The translations under genes and the position numbers were made by a program. Shown one piece after another: positions 1 to 10,569 of a stretch of 63,714 nucleotides of DNA (the first letter of the stretch is position 1; the number at the start of each line of letters is the position of its first letter). The notes beneath the pieces are model-generated. The model worked only from the letters and a program-made list of their open reading frames with translations, ran no database searches and was not told where the DNA came from. Location of the stretch: NCBI RefSeq assembly GCF_001194135.2, contig NC_068988.1, forward strand, positions 41,729,418 through 41,793,131, written 5' to 3'. This DNA comes from Octopus bimaculoides (taxonomy: Eukaryota).

Positions 1-507
1 TATATATATATATATATATTTCTTTTTCTGGCTTAGTCGTAGAAAACAGAGCAGGTCCTTGACCCTTTTCATAGCTCCTCTGGTGTGTAGGAGAAAGCTA
101 TTTTCACATAATGTACCAAGGTTGAATGCATTCCAGAAACAGATTATTGTGTTAAGCCGGCGACAGAACACCATGAAGTGAGATCGAACGCGAAACGACT
201 TCGGTGCGAAGCGAAGGTCTTGACTGTGCAAATATGACCGCATCAACTCGTATTCATATACTTGTAATTATTATCAATAACATAGTTTTGTGTTGTACTA
301 CATATTCACTCATACAAGCATGCGCATACATATTCCCACATACTCTCACGCATATTATGTATGTGTATATGATTACATATATGTCAGCTTCAATTATTCG
401 TTGAAGTAAATTTGACCTTGACGATGTGTTCCCTATCCACTTGCTCGGTTACTCACCTCGTTATTGCTCTCACTCTCCTTATCTCTATGTTCTTTCTGTT
501 TCTACTT

Positions 508-511
508 CTCT

Positions 512-565
<54 letters not shown>
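508..565. repeat. (CT)n microsatellite within a ~150-nt pyrimidine-rich tract
   Basis: Direct: perfect CT run; the flanks are also pyrimidine-rich up to 625. Confidence 0.95.
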
Positions 566-569
<4 letters not shown>

Positions 570-592
570 CTCTTTTCTCTCTTTGCCACAAA

Positions 593-630
593 TCTAAATA
601 TACTTTTGTTTTGTTCTCTTTTCAGGTAAG
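593..630 (+). other. Candidate recursive splice site (3'SS immediately followed by 5'SS)
   Basis: Branch-like TCTAAAT at 593-599, then TACTTTTGTTTTGTTCTCTTTTCAG (AG at 624-625) followed directly by GTAAG (626-630). Could instead be a plain donor of a pyrimidine-rich exon. Confidence 0.5.
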
Positions 631-1178
631 AAAATCTTTAACGTATTCCTTCACCTACGGTAAATTATTTTGTTATATTTCACTCTACTTTCATACATTT
701 GATCCTATTTATTTCGCGTCATTAACAATAAAATGAGAAAAAGAGAGTAAAAAAGAGTACCATACAAAATAATTGTCGTTTTCACCCTTTTAATCGGCAT
801 ATTTATCTTATAGATATTGTTGCTATTGCTGTTGTTTTTGTCGTCACCGTTGTGAAAACACTGGTCAGCTCCGATGAAGAAGAGCTATGAATTAAAGCGT
901 CATACCTATATTCTTGTTTTTTTGTTGATATCTGATATTATATTATCTAATAAGTCAATTATCTTATTAGAGACAATAGAGTGTTTTGAAGAAAAATTGG
1001 AGTATTAATTCTTGTGATCCCTTAGGATCAAACCCAAAATTTGTTACAACAGTTCTAATAGAGATTTATAGTTTTGGTTCGTTTCCCCCTACTTCTACTA
1101 CTAATTCAGAAATGAAGAGGTGGATTATATCTGTTTGAATGAAATACGGTGCATATTTTAAAAAGTAATTATTAGTAA

Positions 1179-1612
1179 CAGAAGCAGTATTAATATCAAA
1201 AGGTCAAATTTATCCCCACTTAACAGTGCATGGTGTATTAGAACACAGAATACTGCGATAGTTACCATGAAAGAACCTCTCATAAAGGCTTTTGGTGCAT
1301 ACAAGCACTCTACTTTATACCGCGAGTGTGAGATAACTCCACTATCGCCGCTGCCGCTGCCGCCGCCGCGAGTAACGGATCACGTGATTTCGGCCTTATT
1401 TGGCTTTGTTAACAGTAGACATTCGACCGCTGGAAGTAGCAACGGTGTACACAAAATATCAGTGTTTATTCAAGCACTAGTTTCGTGAAAAGCCAGACGG
1501 CTTATTAAAAACTTAATTAATAGCACAGAAGCAGTATTAATACCAAAACTTAATATTATCCCCACTTAAAAGTGGATATTGTGTTATAACTCAAAATACT
1601 GCGATAGTTACC
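1179..1612. repeat. ~88-bp direct repeat pair (1179-1266, 1526-1612) flanking a GC-rich ~260-bp core
   Basis: Both copies begin CAGAAGCAGTATTAATA, contain TATCCCCACTTAA and end AATACTGCGATAGTTACC. Confidence 0.8.
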
Positions 1613-1774
1613 GACTAAGGAGAGATTAAAAACGAAATAAATACTTGTGACGTGATTTGAACATAGATCGGAAAAGTGCTTAAGCAAATATCACGTTACT
1701 AGTTCTACCACTGCAATGACCTCCTTTCCAATTGATTCATAATGAGTTTATCAATCACATCAACATCTTTCATG

Positions 1775-2082
1775 TCTGACTTGTTTCGGTTATTGGACTA
1801 CCACCATGCTAGGGCACCAACTAGAAGGGTCTGACCGAACACAAAGACACATATATACACATACATACATACATACATATACACACACAGAGACGCGCGC
1901 GCGCGCATACACATATCTTACGGGTTTCTTTCAGTTTCCGTCTGCCGAATCCACTAACAAGTCTTTGATAGGCCCGAAGCTAAAGTAGACGACAGTTGCC
2001 CAAGGTGCCAAGCAGTGGGACTGAACCCGGAATCATTTGGCTGAGAAGCAAACTTCTTACAACACAGCCAAGCCTGCACCTA
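1775..2082 (-). mobile_element. tRNA-derived SINE, family B (CORE-like CCTTGGGCAA motif), with internal microsatellite
   Basis: Reverse complement reads GCAGGCTTGGCTGTGTTGTAAGAAG...GGTTCAGTCCCACTG...CACCTTGGGCAAC. Related copies at ~28055, 35305, 61306, 63528. Confidence 0.85.
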
Positions 2083-2084
2083 TA

Positions 2085-2155
2085 TGTATGTGTGTGTGTA
2101 TGTGTGTGTGTGTGTGTGCGTGTGTGTGTGTGTATGTGTGTGCGTGTGCGTGTGT

Positions 2156-2208
<53 letters not shown>

Positions 2209-2225
2209 TGTGTGTGTGCGCGCGT
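2085..2225. repeat. (TG)n microsatellite
   Basis: Direct. Confidence 0.95.
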
Positions 2226-2577
2226 GCAGGTCATTGAAGTTCAGCTTGTAAGGTGGATACTGCAGTTATGAAGGATAGTTAGAAACGCAGTCATACGGTT
2301 TTAGAGTACTTTTGTTTGTTTAAGGATTAATGGAGGTATATGGTCCTTGGAATACAAAACAATTTAGTCGAACGTCTAACAGTGGACGAATCTTTTTAGG
2401 AAAAAAATAAGACAGGGTACTTACTATCGTTTGTGGTTGTCTGCGTCAACAAGATTGTAGTTGGATGTTAACAGAGCGCTTCAGAAGAGATGTGTCGAAG
2501 GGCGATGTAAGAGACTAACGTATGGTTGTTCAGAAGACGGAAATGTGTACACTGGTGTACCAAACAGGCCAAAGACC

Positions 2578-2628
2578 CATGCTCTAGAAAAGATTGCTCT
2601 AGAAAAGGCATGTTCTAGAAAGGGCATG
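2578..2628. repeat. Three-copy 15-16-bp tandem repeat (CATGCTCTAGAAAAG-like)
   Basis: GCTCTAGAAA at 2581 and 2596, GTTCTAGAAA at 2612. Confidence 0.75.
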
Positions 2629-2686
2629 TATTGACGATGATGGACGTTAATCTTATGGTCATAACCATAACAACAATGACGACGGC

Positions 2687-2743
<57 letters not shown>

Positions 2744-2772
2744 GATGATGATGATGGTGATGTTGATGATGC
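2687..2772. repeat. (GAT)n microsatellite
   Basis: Direct; it produces the poly-His ORF artefact on the minus strand. Confidence 0.95.
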
Positions 2773-3409
2773 ATCAATGAAATACTGCACTTAATGAAGT
2801 GTCATAATTAATCTTTCTGTATCAGTGTGATGAATATCAGCTTGTAATGTAATGTGGGCGTTAGGTGGAGCGAAGATACTATGCACAGCATTACATTACA
2901 AGTTGGCATCAGAAATTGCTAACATACCCAGCCTCTCAGTGAATAAATTGGTTTTTATTTTTTGGTTTTTTTCTTCAAAGTGATTCTCAGTAAACAATTT
3001 TGTAAACAATTGCTACCTCTCTGAAAATAACATGCACCAAACAGTGAGGGAAGGAGCATCTACCTGTCGCTTGATGTGCTAGAAGGAGCAGGTAAATGCC
3101 CTTAAATGCTGGTTAATGAAGTCTTGGATGAACTGCGTCTAAAAATTTGTGCGGGATACACACACACACATTATATAGGCTGTGCACGTGCACGTGCAAA
3201 CATGCTAGATCCACATAAGACCACTGCTTATGTATCTGGGAGAGTACTGCTACCATAGACACAACTATACTTACTACTTGACCTACATTAGAGCCGTCGT
3301 AATCATGTCATACGCTTTTTGCAGCGGGTTGATGACGCTACACGGAAAGTCTTCCCGATTAAGTGCGTGTCGTTCCATCGGATGAAGCTATAGCGTTACT
3401 TCATTCTGA

Positions 3410-3470
3410 TTTTCCCATAGTGTTTTCTTGGCAGAGATACCAGAGTGGTTTGCCATTGCCTTCCCCAGTT
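3410..3470 (-). mobile_element. RTE/BovB-like UTR fragment (Bov-A-like motif)
   Basis: Minus strand GGGGAAGGCAATGGCAAACCACTCTGGTATCTCTGCCAAGAAAACAC resembles the recalled Bov-A/RTE motif GAAGGAAATGGCAACCCACTCCAGTATTCTTGCC. Confidence 0.55.
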
Positions 3471-3655
3471 TGATGGCCGTTGGTCCACAAAGATCTCATA
3501 CGTCCTCCGTCAGGTCTTCTTTTTAGTTTTGCTGGGTATCCTAATACCCCACCCTCATAAGAGTAGCATGTTACTCAATTTGGGGGAGCCGGTTTAGTTG
3601 CCGACCACCCGACCATAGAACAGGTAGTACTGGTTTGCATGGTACCAGTAGTAGG

Positions 3656-3687
3656 TCTCATCAGCTTGTGATGACAAGCTGATGAGA
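3656..3687. repeat. Perfect 14-bp inverted repeat with 4-nt loop
   Basis: TCTCATCAGCTTGT-GATG-ACAAGCTGATGAGA. Confidence 0.9.
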
Positions 3688-5058
3688 TGGTGATGATGAT
3701 GATGATGATGATGATGATGACGACGACGATGTCAGGACCTAACATCAACGTTAGCATATTGCTCACTGTTGTGGCGAGAGTCATTAACACCCCTGTGAGA
3801 TTGGAAGAATGGATTAGCCGAACTCTTGTACAAAGAAGCATATTGGTTGAGACGAGAGAAAAGTCGTGGGGAGTTCTTGAGATCGCTGAGAGTTGTATTT
3901 ATTGGAGTATGGTGTTTAGTGGAGTAAACTAAAACTACCATGTTTAGTTGAAGTACGTTGTGTGAAAACATTTGTGTCTATCCCCGCTTCGTGAAATCTG
4001 TATATCCAACGTTTAGAAGGATATAAAACTCGTATATCTGGGACAGTGCAGCAATTAAACAAACATCCCAGATTCATATTTAAGTGCTGCTGGGCTTGTG
4101 CTGTTAATACACACGGAAACATCCCCAGTTTGCAACCAATATACTGTTTTGTTGATTGGAAAAATTTAATTCATCAACACACTATATCCACAGAATCTCA
4201 TATACAATGTTACTGTTCTCTACCTCTTTGGCTGTGTCGGGGATACGAGACGCAGTAAGTACACCGTGTTGATGTAATTAGGGCTTTGTACCTACGTAAG
4301 TAATTATTATTATACATTAGCTTTCATTTCAACGGGTTTGATATAGTAAAGTACTATTCAAGTAGTTGTTGCGATTAAATCAACTAACTTTCACCTCTCA
4401 ATATTTCAGGCCTTGTAAATGGTTTATGTTGCTTATATGTCATATTTTATACACTAACATATATCAACTTGTGTGACGTCATGCAATACGTCACAATACT
4501 TCATGACGTCACCACAGTTTATTGTGAACTTACATGCATTTGAAGTATGGTAACATTTACTAATTCGCAAATGAATTAGCAAGAAATACCTAAATGAAAG
4601 AAAAAATAGCGATAAACATTGCGTGAATTTGGAAGTGAGAGGCAAATAGACATAAACATACTGCTAATATGTTGTTGCGTAGTCAAGGTTAACTCTGATT
4701 GTTCAAGTCGATGGCCGATGGCGTTTGAGCCATGATCATCTCCATCCACTCGAGTATAACAGCATACTAGGACTACGTCATTTTCCCTTGAATAATTTGT
4801 GAGAGATTTGTATTTTATGTGTTATGCATGTGTATACTTTGTGTACATGTTCGTGTAAATATATGTGTATTTTAGATAGAGAAACACACGAAAGCAGAAT
4901 GCGAGATACACACATAAATAGTTGAGAGAAAGAGAAATAGAGAGAGAGTCGAGGGTGATCACAGGAAAGGATAAAAAAATGAAAAAAAAATAATATAAAT
5001 ATATGAACAATAAACTACCAGTGAAATGCTAAAAACATTTCACACACGGAAAGAGGAA

Positions 5059-5090
<32 letters not shown>

Positions 5091-5268
5091 CAAGGCGACA
5101 TAGATTAACATAGGAAAGTGGGGAGAAACAGAGACAAGCGAGATAGAATGATAGAGACAGAGATACGTGATACGTGATTATTATTATTAAGAAGGTTAAT
5201 CCTTATCATCAACTTCACCTGTTCATTGGATTTAGCGATCATTATAGTTTGCTCTCTCTCACATCCTC

Positions 5269-5357
<89 letters not shown>

Positions 5358-5779
5358 CATATATATATATATATATATTCAAGGACACAGTGTATCATAC
5401 TTTATGGAAAAAACTAGCATGGAAAATAAAATATTTTCGAACAGAGACACAAGGTCAGGAATGGTAGAGTGAGGGGAACAGTCGATTATATTGACCCTCA
5501 TCGCCACCCTATCCAGAATTTGACAGGTACTTTATTTTATTGATCTCGGAATGATTAAAGTGAGAAATGTTGACCTTGGTAGAATCTGAACTTCAAATAG
5601 CAAACAAAAGCATACTCTATAACAAAGCTAAACTAACAATTCTATGCTCCAAAAGATAATGCCGCATACAGCTGAAGCAAAACGGAAGTATACCTAGTGG
5701 TGCAGTAGAAACTCGTATGCAGCTGCTGCAAAAAGAAAATAATAATAACGGTTTAATATTTTTGCACACGGCCAGCACT

Positions 5780-5962
5780 TTTTGAGGGCCAGTGGAAGTC
5801 AATTACATCGACGCCAGTACTTAACTGGTACTTATTTTATCGACCCCGAAAGGATGAAAGGCAAAGTCCACCTCGGCGGAATTTGAACTCAGAACGTAAA
5901 GACAGACGAAATACCGCTAAGCATATTGCCCAGCGTACTAACGATTCTGACAGCTCGCCGTC
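5780..5962 (-). mobile_element. tRNA-derived SINE, family A
   Basis: Reverse complement GACGGCGAGCTGTCAGAATCGTTAGTACGCTGGGC...GAGTTCAAATTCCGCCGAGGTGGACTTTGCCTTTCATCCTTTCGGGGTCGATAAAATAAGTACCAG; its 5' end abuts an (AAT)n run at 5963-6003. Confidence 0.9.
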
Positions 5963-6005
<43 letters not shown>

Positions 6006-7344
6006 TTAAAAGGTTTTTTTTACTTTTTAAGCATAGCTGATGAAGATGATCACGCCGACGACAATGATGATATCAATAATATGATAGTGATTATAATGAT
6101 AATAATTAACAATATTTAGCCATGTGAGGGTAGAAGTAGGAAGCTAGCAACTGGGAAGAGAGCGCATAAGTGACAGCAGGAGAAGTAAAATGGTAGGCAG
6201 TGAAATGATGAAAATTTATAATACTGTCAGGAATGGCAAACGAGGAAAGAGTAAGAAAGAATGGATTAAAGAATTGTTAGTTTGTGCTTTTTTTTTAAGG
6301 AAGCCGATAAAGAGAAACCATATATAGAAAACAAGGAAATCTTTATGATACCCAATTTTATAGTGAATGTTGCTATAAAAGAACTTCTGGGATAATAATT
6401 AGTAGCAGTACCCGTGGAAATTCCACAGTTGTTCTGAAAATTGCATGATGAAGTTGTATATATTTCTGAAACACCTGAATCTTCTATATATATCATTTTC
6501 ATTTGAAAGTATTCTTTTATAAATAATATTAAACCGTTCTGTGGACCAGTGAAAAATGTTATGAGTAAAAATAAAAAGTACGCGAGGAGAGATTAGGCTA
6601 GTTTAGGCTGAGGTAAGCTTCCTCTTCAGGGTCAAATGATTAATATTTCAGTAGCTCTGAATAATTACTGATAAAGCACAAGTGTGGCCTATATTAGTGT
6701 TCTAACATATCTGGATCAGTGGTGCTGCTACACGTAATCGCGCGCACACTCTCACACAAACACACCAATACACACAAGCCCACACACCCGCACATAACAG
6801 ACCAGATTAAAATACTTCTAACATATCTGGGTCAATATAGCTATTGAACACACAACATGATGAATCACATAAACAAATAATTAAATATAATCAATAAAAT
6901 GACTACCCAGTTGATTGTAAAAATGTGATATCGATTTTTTTACATAGTTACAAACCAACAAATTTTAGAGGCAGTTTTAGTCTATGAGATCGACATTGTA
7001 GTTGACTGGTACTTTATTTTATCGATTTCAAAACTGTCAACTAGAGCAGAGTTTGTACTCAGAACACAAAGTGACACAAATACCGCATAGAACTTAATCT
7101 GATGCCCTACTGATTCTTGCAATCCACTGCTCTCAAATGTAATAGGTGCGGGTAAGTTTTAAAAGCTGCTAGACCTTAGTTTTGATTTTTATGGCTTTGA
7201 GCAGATAAATATTTCTTACATTATGACATTTCTAGATGATTCCTAAACTTTTCCCTGCCGGCTGTTTGGTAGATTGATACAAGTGAAAAATAAACTGTTC
7301 TGACCTAAAAACATAAAGGAACACTTACAACAGATTGGATCCTA

Positions 7345-8030
7345 TGGTCTATCAGTGTGACTCAATTTCTTTTCAATATGGTGACCTTGTCTGATCGGTA
7401 GCAATTTACTTACCAACTCAAAACAACATCTGGTTCAACATAATATTCTCCCCGCTGTGAATCCTGCTACACATCTTGTAGAGTCTAGGTTCAAACCCTG
7501 CGTATTCTCGAGATCAGTTTCCATCTGTGTTGATTTTGACACTCATTCATCAACGTAACAACTGTATAACTCCAGTCAGTCGTGTACTATAGACGATTCA
7601 ATCGGGTGAAGCCTCATCGCATTCTCGTCGCTGATTTGATAATTATTTCTAGATGGTTTGCTGTAACCCAAGGTTTGGCGTGTAATGGTATGTTCCAGAT
7701 TATTGTAACCAAATAATTGTCATATAACGTATTTAATAAATATTTGTGTTACCAAATATCAGTTTTCACGTCAAATTGTCGGCATATAGCACCTTATTCA
7801 ATTAGATTTGTATTTGGATTGCAAGTACTAGGCAGCCAGAACTGATTCTGTAAATTGTTCCATTATCCTTTGTACAGCCTACTCATGATCCCGGCTTCAT
7901 CTTTCATTATTTGCTCATGCATTTTTGTGGCAAAACACTGATCCTGTACAGCTAAAATTAGGCCTACTTTCGTTTTTAATCCAGTGGTTTGAGTCATTGC
8001 TAATTTTCCATTGACCTACTTCCTCACTCT
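7345..8030 (-). mobile_element. Degenerate restriction-like-endonuclease non-LTR retrotransposon (R4/Dong-like), C-terminal region
   Basis: Minus-strand translation across frameshifts: GLKTKVGLILAVQDQCFATK (~7921-7982), GTIYRISSGCLVLA (~7821-7861; cf. ETIxHIxSGCxxLA zinc knuckle), YYVEPDVVL and RSDKVTILKRN*VTLID (cf. RPD...IID endonuclease motif). Confidence 0.75.
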
Positions 8031-8596
8031 CGGATATTGCAGGGTAGTGGCAATGAAATTAATTTTCTCTTCATTATCATGTAAAATTACATTATACTTT
8101 AGACTTTTGTTTTTACCTTTTCTGCTGTCTAGTTTCTATCTAAAGCATTTTCATAGTCGCAGTTAACTTTTATATAGTACTTATATTTTCCTCGTGCAGA
8201 AAGCATGTTTTATGTTCACCTCCGCCAAGGAAGGAGGTTATGTTTTCATCGGCGTTGTTTTCCTCGTGTTCTCTTATTGCACCAATCCGTTTCTCTTTTT
8301 ATTTTCAAATATTTTCTATACCCGTGGCTGCTGATTTGTAATTCATTCTCTATGTATAACAAGACTCTCTTCCCTGTGTTCATATCGAAATCAGTTTCAT
8401 TGTAGTAACTAAGACACGCTGTTAGTAGTTTTATAGATCTTCCTCTTTAAGTCTTTTAACTCCATATTTATTACGTTTAGTCAGCAAATAAAACCGAGAT
8501 GGTCAGGGTATTTATATCATTAACGTATTTTTATAAATGAGTTCATGTTTAAAACGGCAAAGCCTTTAATTTGACACTACACTGAGATGTAGTAGG

Positions 8597-8622
8597 AATA
8601 ATAATAATAATAATAATAATAA

Positions 8623-8653
<31 letters not shown>

Positions 8654-8680
8654 AAGAAGAAGAAGAAGAAGAAAAAGAAG
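8597..8680. repeat. Compound (AAT)n(AAG)n microsatellite
   Basis: Direct. Confidence 0.95.
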
Positions 8681-9315
8681 AATGACCACTGGTAAAACCT
8701 TTTCCTTAGCGCCAGTAACAGGGCATAACCCAGAGAAACTCATTCAACAGATCGTAAAACGCAACAATACTGTAGGCCGCCTGCTTATATTCTGCTACTA
8801 TGAAAGTAGAACAACAAGACTTTTCGTGTTGATAGGTGTAACCTATTAGTTTGTGGCAATTCTGGTTTATTTTTTTATGTATTCGGTAAACAATATTTTC
8901 CCCCATCCTGTTGTTGCCATTCAGGTGTTGATTACGTATCATTGATCTAAACACCTGTTTCCAACAACTCGTGATCTCCTTCTTTCGTTCAATTTTAGTC
9001 TCTATCAAAGCACAACTTTCTTTGCACTTATCAGACCGTTCAGACATTGTATTTTCACGACTACTATCTCCAAAATGTCCACTCTGCATACCAGATTCTA
9101 TGGCACTTTAAACCACGCCTATCAGAGGCGGCTAAGTAGGGGATTAAAACCGTCTTCTTAGCCATATATTTCCACATCTCCCAGACAACAAAACCTCATA
9201 GCCCCAAGTCCTCAAATGTCCTTTAATACTTGGCAAAGAATTATTAAACCTTACAACTGGAAGATTTTTAACTATCAGTGTAACTCCTGCCAGAAAAAAA
9301 CGCTAAAGTTGCCTC

Positions 9316-9500
9316 GTGTATCACACAATCAGCAAATTCATTCGATGCCCAAACTACAGACAACTCTTTTGGTTCCTAGTCAAAAGAACTTCTACCAACT
9401 TTGTGGTATCTTTCTTCCCTCCACTTCTAAAATATAATTGTTCTGTAAACAGTAATTCTGTAGAGGAAACTATCACATTGGCTGTCCGTTTTTTTCTTTT
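9316..9500 (+). mobile_element. Degenerate CR1/L2-group LINE fragment (region between endonuclease and RT)
   Basis: ORF-track peptide ISKFIRCPNYRQLFWFLVKRTSTNFVVSFFPPL...EETITLAVRF resembles the recalled FWSLAKxVSxNFxxSSFPPL...EKAxLFA motif. Confidence 0.45.
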
Positions 9501-9568
9501 TATATACCCAAGTTCGCTCTGTACACTCTAGATAAATGTCTTCCGGATCTATCTACTGAGCGCATTTA

Positions 9569-9624
9569 TGATGGTTTTGATCGATCGCAGATGCTTTAGC
9601 ATCTGCGGTCGATCAAAACCATCA
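9569..9624. repeat. 26-bp near-perfect hairpin with 4-nt loop
   Basis: TGATGGTTTTGATCGATCGCAGATGC-TTTA-GCATCTGCGGTCGATCAAAACCATCA; one T/G position, a wobble pair in + strand RNA. Confidence 0.9.
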
Positions 9625-10569
9625 AGGTCACAAGCCTTGACAATGCTCCTTCTCAAATAATGAACTCCGGCGGTCTGAAAACAGTGGTATGAGGAAAGAG
9701 CTAAAGTTTCGCTTAGATAGAAGACTAGTTATCTTCAATAAGAAATCCAGACCATTTCATGGATATTCCATAAAGGTAAATGGTGTGGACTGTGTAATAA
9801 GCGTGGGAATAAGTGGTGTTCTGTTGTCATAAGTAGAAGACAGAAAAAAGAGAATCAGATAGAGGAATACTAATTATATACAGACCGAAATTGTTTATAA
9901 AATCGGGGGGAAAAAAACACTGAAATATACGAATGAAGCTGAAATGCTAATAAAATGTTTAATATTTTTCTGGCTGTAAAATAAATTACAAGAATATTTG
10001 AAATTAATTGTAAAGGTATTGAAAAATGACTTACACAAATGGGTTGTTATATTAAAGATAGAAATAAATAAGTTGCATGCATAACGAAGATTTTTATTTA
10101 TTTTTATTAATTTCATTTTATTTCATTTCATTTATTTTAATATTTATTTTTTGGTTTGTAAACCTGTTTCTGACAGTCCCATGTTTAAAATATTTTATTG
10201 ACAACAGCACAACAGTAGAAGACAGAAAGAGAGCATTGTAAAGGAGTGACATTGATTGTATACAAACTGATTAAAGTCAAAAAGAAGATCTGGAAAGATA
10301 CGAATGCAGCCAAAGAATTCTCGAATCATTGAAATTAGTTGTAAAAATGATGTTTTAAATCAATTTATAGAAATGAGTTCTTATATTAATCATGAAAGTA
10401 AATTCCGTCCAATGATAAAAACATCACACGTTTAATTTTAAATAACGGAGTGTTAGAAACATGAATTCATATACCCACACAAAAATTGAATATATGCAAT
10501 ATATATTTTAATAGGCTTTGCCAGTTTTTATTTTTAAGAGTCTTTTCACCCCAGTCATCTTTATATTTC

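Noticed and set aside
2481-2777. Poly-histidine ORF
   Set aside because: Translation of a (GAT)n microsatellite.
6700-6830. 15-bp direct repeat TTCTAACATATCTGG flanking ~100 bp of CA-rich sequence
   Set aside because: Could be a TSD, but the insert has no recognisable element features.
8706-9089. 127-aa minus-strand ORF ending near a (TTC)n run
   Set aside because: No motif I can recognise with confidence; possibly a very decayed LINE 3' end, but too weak to call.
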